Source: an archaeon (GTDB taxonomy: Archaea; Nanobdellota; Nanobdellia; Woesearchaeales; GW2011-AR15). Taken from it: a DNA stretch of 64,000 nucleotides. This document shows, piece after piece, positions 61,581 to 64,000 of this stretch. The notes beneath the pieces are model-generated. The model saw only the letters and a program-made list of their open reading frames with translations, was not told the origin of the DNA and made no database searches. Each line of letters opens with the position of its first letter. The first letter of the stretch is position 1. The position numbers were made by a program, and so were the translations under genes. The stretch spans positions 13,746 to 77,745 of the forward strand of contig JABHHN010000062.1 of the NCBI GenBank assembly GCA_018671515.1, in the 5' to 3' direction.

Positions 61581-61700
61581 TTTCATGACGGCAGTCACAC
61601 TTTTTTTAAAAAAGTGTTAGTCGACGGTTTCCGTAAGAACACCCCTCCGTCGACCTGCGTCAAGAAAAAATAACATTTTGTAATGTTAATAATGATTAAA
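61581..61700. other. GC-rich nested stem-loop structure downstream of the thermosome gene
   Basis: Outer TGAC.GCAG/CTGC.GTCA; inner ACACTTTTT/AAAAAGTGT and GTCGACGG/CCGTCGAC; AACATT/AATGTT; tail TAATGATTAAA. Confidence 0.7.
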
Positions 61701-61727
61701 AGAAAAGAAATATTAAAAATAAAAAAG

Positions 61728-63359
61728 CTACATACCCATGCCATCAGCACCTGGTGGCATTTGAGGCATTCCGCCTTTATCTCCACCGCTTGCTGCAATG
61801 ACATCATCAATTCTTAATATCATTGTTGAGACTTCAGTTGCACTTGTTAGTGCTTGGGTTTTTATTTTAAGAGGTTCAATTACACCTTCTTTCCATGCGT
61901 CCATCACTTTTCCACTAAATACATTGATACCTGACCATAGATTTCCCTTATTATGTGAACTTTTAAGTTCAGTCAAAACATCAATTGGATCAAGTCCTGC
62001 ATTTTCTGCTAATGTTCTTGGAATTATTTCCATACTCTCAGCAAAAGCTTTTACTGCTAACTGTTCCCGTCCTGAAAGTGATTCTGCAAATCTTCTTAAT
62101 TGAATTGCAAGTTCAATTTCAGTTGAGCCTGCTCCTGCAACAACCTTTCCACTTTTTATACATGAGATAACAACACCAATTGAATCTTCAAGTGCTCTTT
62201 CTGCTTCATCAACTACATGTTCAGTTCCCCCTCTAAGAAGGATTGTTACTGCTTTTGGATTTTTACATCCTTTGATGAAAGTCATTTCTTCATCACCAAC
62301 TTTTGTTTCTTCTACTAGTTTAGCATAACCTAAATCATTTTCAGTTAGACTTTCAAGATTGCTTGCAACTTTTGCACCTGTTGCTTTAGCTAATCTTTCC
62401 ATATCACTTTTTTTTACTCTTCTTATTGCAAAAATTCCTTCTTTTGCAAAAAAATGCTGAGCTATCTCATCAATTCCTTTCTGGCACAATAAAACATTAG
62501 CACCAGTCTTGATTACTTTATCAACCATATTTCTAAGCATCTTTTCTTCCATATCAATAAAAGCCTGCATTTGATTAGGATCAGTTATCTGAATCTTTGC
62601 ATCTGTTTCAGTACTTTTTACTTCAATTGGTGAATCAACAAGTGCAATTTTTGCTTCTTTTACTGATTCAGGCATTCCTGAATGGACTCTTTCTTTATCA
62701 AGAACAATTCCTTGGATAATTTCAGTCTCTTCAATACTTTCTCCAACTTTTTTCTCAATTTTTATATCATCATGATCAATTAGAATTTTTCCATCTTTAT
62801 TTTCAGCAACTTGTTTTACAGCAGTCACTATTAATTTTGAAAGTTTTTCTCTTGAACTCTCAGCACCTTTACCTGTCATTGATGTTTGGGATGCTTTGAT
62901 TAATGTTTCTTCATCAGTTTCAGAAATTTCTATTGCCATTTTTTCAAGAATTTCTCTTGCTTTATCCATTGCCTGTCTGTATCCTTTGACAACAACAGTA
63001 GGATGAATATCCATATCAAGAAGTTCTTCTGCTCTTTTAAGAAGCTCACCAGCTAAAATTACTGCAGTGGTTGTTCCATCTCCTACTTCATTTTCCTGAG
63101 TCTTTGCAATCTCAACAATCATTTTTGCTGTTGGATGTTCTATTGACATTTCTTCAAGAATTGTAACACCATCATTTGTAACAACAATGTCACCCATAGA
63201 ATCTACTAACATCTTGTCCATTCCTTTTGGACCAAGAGTTGAACGAACTACTTCAGCAACTGCCTTTGCAGCCATAATATTATTTCTTTGTGCATTCCTT
63301 CCGGTATTTCTTTTTGTACCTTCAGGTAATATGTAAATTGGTTGAACTTCTTTACTCAT
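61728..63359 (-). CDS. ths: thermosome (group II chaperonin) subunit
   Basis: [25 protein letters not shown]. Confidence 0.98.
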   Translation of the reverse strand: MSKEVQPIYILPEGTKRNTGRNAQRNNIMAAKAVAEVVRSTLGPKGMDKMLVDSMGDIVVTNDGVTILEEMSIEHPTAKMIVEIAKTQENEVGDGTTTAVILAGELLKRAEELLDMDIHPTVVVKGYRQAMDKAREILEKMAIEISETDEETLIKASQTSMTGKGAESSREKLSKLIVTAVKQVAENKDGKILIDHDDIKIEKKVGESIEETEIIQGIVLDKERVHSGMPESVKEAKIALVDSPIEVKSTETDAKIQITDPNQMQAFIDMEEKMLRNMVDKVIKTGANVLLCQKGIDEIAQHFFAKEGIFAIRRVKKSDMERLAKATGAKVASNLESLTENDLGYAKLVEETKVGDEEMTFIKGCKNPKAVTILLRGGTEHVVDEAERALEDSIGVVISCIKSGKVVAGAGSTEIELAIQLRRFAESLSGREQLAVKAFAESMEIIPRTLAENAGLDPIDVLTELKSSHNKGNLWSGINVFSGKVMDAWKEGVIEPLKIKTQALTSATEVSTMILRIDDVIAASGGDKGGMPQMPPGADGMGM

Positions 63360-63447
63360 GATAATTACCCCCGTCTATTAGTTTATAAATTAAAGTAGTA
63401 TTTTGAAATGACAGAGTATATAAATATGTTATGGTGAAAAAGAATAT

Positions 63448-63984
63448 TTATTGAACCCTAAGTCCAAACTTTTCAATCTGTCTCAATGTCCATTGATATA
63501 CCAACATATCCTTTCCAGAAATATGCAAGAACCATTCATGATATAATTTTGGGATTGCCAGTAATATCAATATCCACCAGGCATTCTTTTTTGTAAAACT
63601 AAATTTGGGAAAATGTTTTATCCTTATTGCAGTAAATAAATAAAAGTTTTCAAATATATTTGCAAATATAAAAAATATCCACCTGACTTTTGTTACTTCA
63701 AATATTATTGTTCCAATAATTCTCCAAATAAACAATCCTCTAATAATATTTTTGCTTAGAATATCAAACTTTCTACTTACAATAAATGCAAATATGAACA
63801 TCAACATATCTAATATTTTGTCTATTATATGATAATGCACACCAAATGTAGAATTAAATATCTCAAAAATCCATAGATCTGTTAAATCAAAAAATATAGA
63901 AAGCAAATATCCAAATACAGGAAATCTAAGTATCAATACAGCAGATATAACTCTTGTAAAAATTACTATCCATAATCCTAACAT
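63448..63984 (-). CDS. membrane protein
   Basis: Several TM segments; D..D, Y...DK.LD motifs. Confidence 0.7.
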   Translation of the reverse strand: MLGLWIVIFTRVISAVLILRFPVFGYLLSIFFDLTDLWIFEIFNSTFGVHYHIIDKILDMLMFIFAFIVSRKFDILSKNIIRGLFIWRIIGTIIFEVTKVRWIFFIFANIFENFYLFTAIRIKHFPKFSFTKKNAWWILILLAIPKLYHEWFLHISGKDMLVYQWTLRQIEKFGLRVQ

Positions 63985-64000
63985 AAAAAAAGAAATGTGT

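Noticed and set aside
61581-61700. tRNA or SRP RNA
   Set aside because: No T-loop or cloverleaf, and too short for archaeal 7S RNA.
14324-61810. Short ORFs over hairpin cassettes (14324-14506, 47105-47293, 58035-58226, 61595-61810)
   Set aside because: They are chance frames across non-coding palindromic elements.
3083-62170. Many short antisense or alternate-frame ORFs (e.g. 3083, 5757, 6924, 15705, 45398, 59121, 61798)
   Set aside because: They are nested in well-supported genes and have no motifs.
1-64000. CRISPR array, tandem guide-RNA array, rRNA, transposase or integrase
   Set aside because: No regularly spaced repeat-spacer run and no such coding motifs were seen; the repeats found are dispersed.

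Overview
This is a very AT-rich, gene-dense segment of an archaeal chromosome, most consistent with a DPANN/Woesearchaeota-type organism. Support comes from the thermosome, SRP54, archaeal AlaRS, Nre with a PIP box, a Hel308-type helicase domain, a BHB-intron tRNA-Gly, GGTGA-type SD motifs, and many lipoproteins and class III signal-peptide proteins. No CRISPR array, rRNA, integrase or transposase was found. Highlights: (1) a surface cluster at 6.1-13.6 kb with a 1709-aa pilin-like-anchored Cys-rich protein carrying a candidate HF/T autoproteolysis site, followed by two paralogous glycine-zipper proteins with different C-termini, one ending in an M15 peptidoglycan peptidase; (2) about a dozen intergenic multi-hairpin cassettes, three of which form homologous pairs, one with a compensatory base change; (3) a 1.9-kb single-gene insert bracketed by a duplicated nre 3' end whose substitutions are all synonymous; (4) an aminotransferase/SerA/SbnI-SerK-like kinase operon next to serS; (5) a short histone and a Zn-ribbon gene missed by the ORF track; (6) a half-length Hel308 and degenerate PlsC-like and UppS-like proteins. 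All calls come from reading motifs by eye, and no database searches were run.
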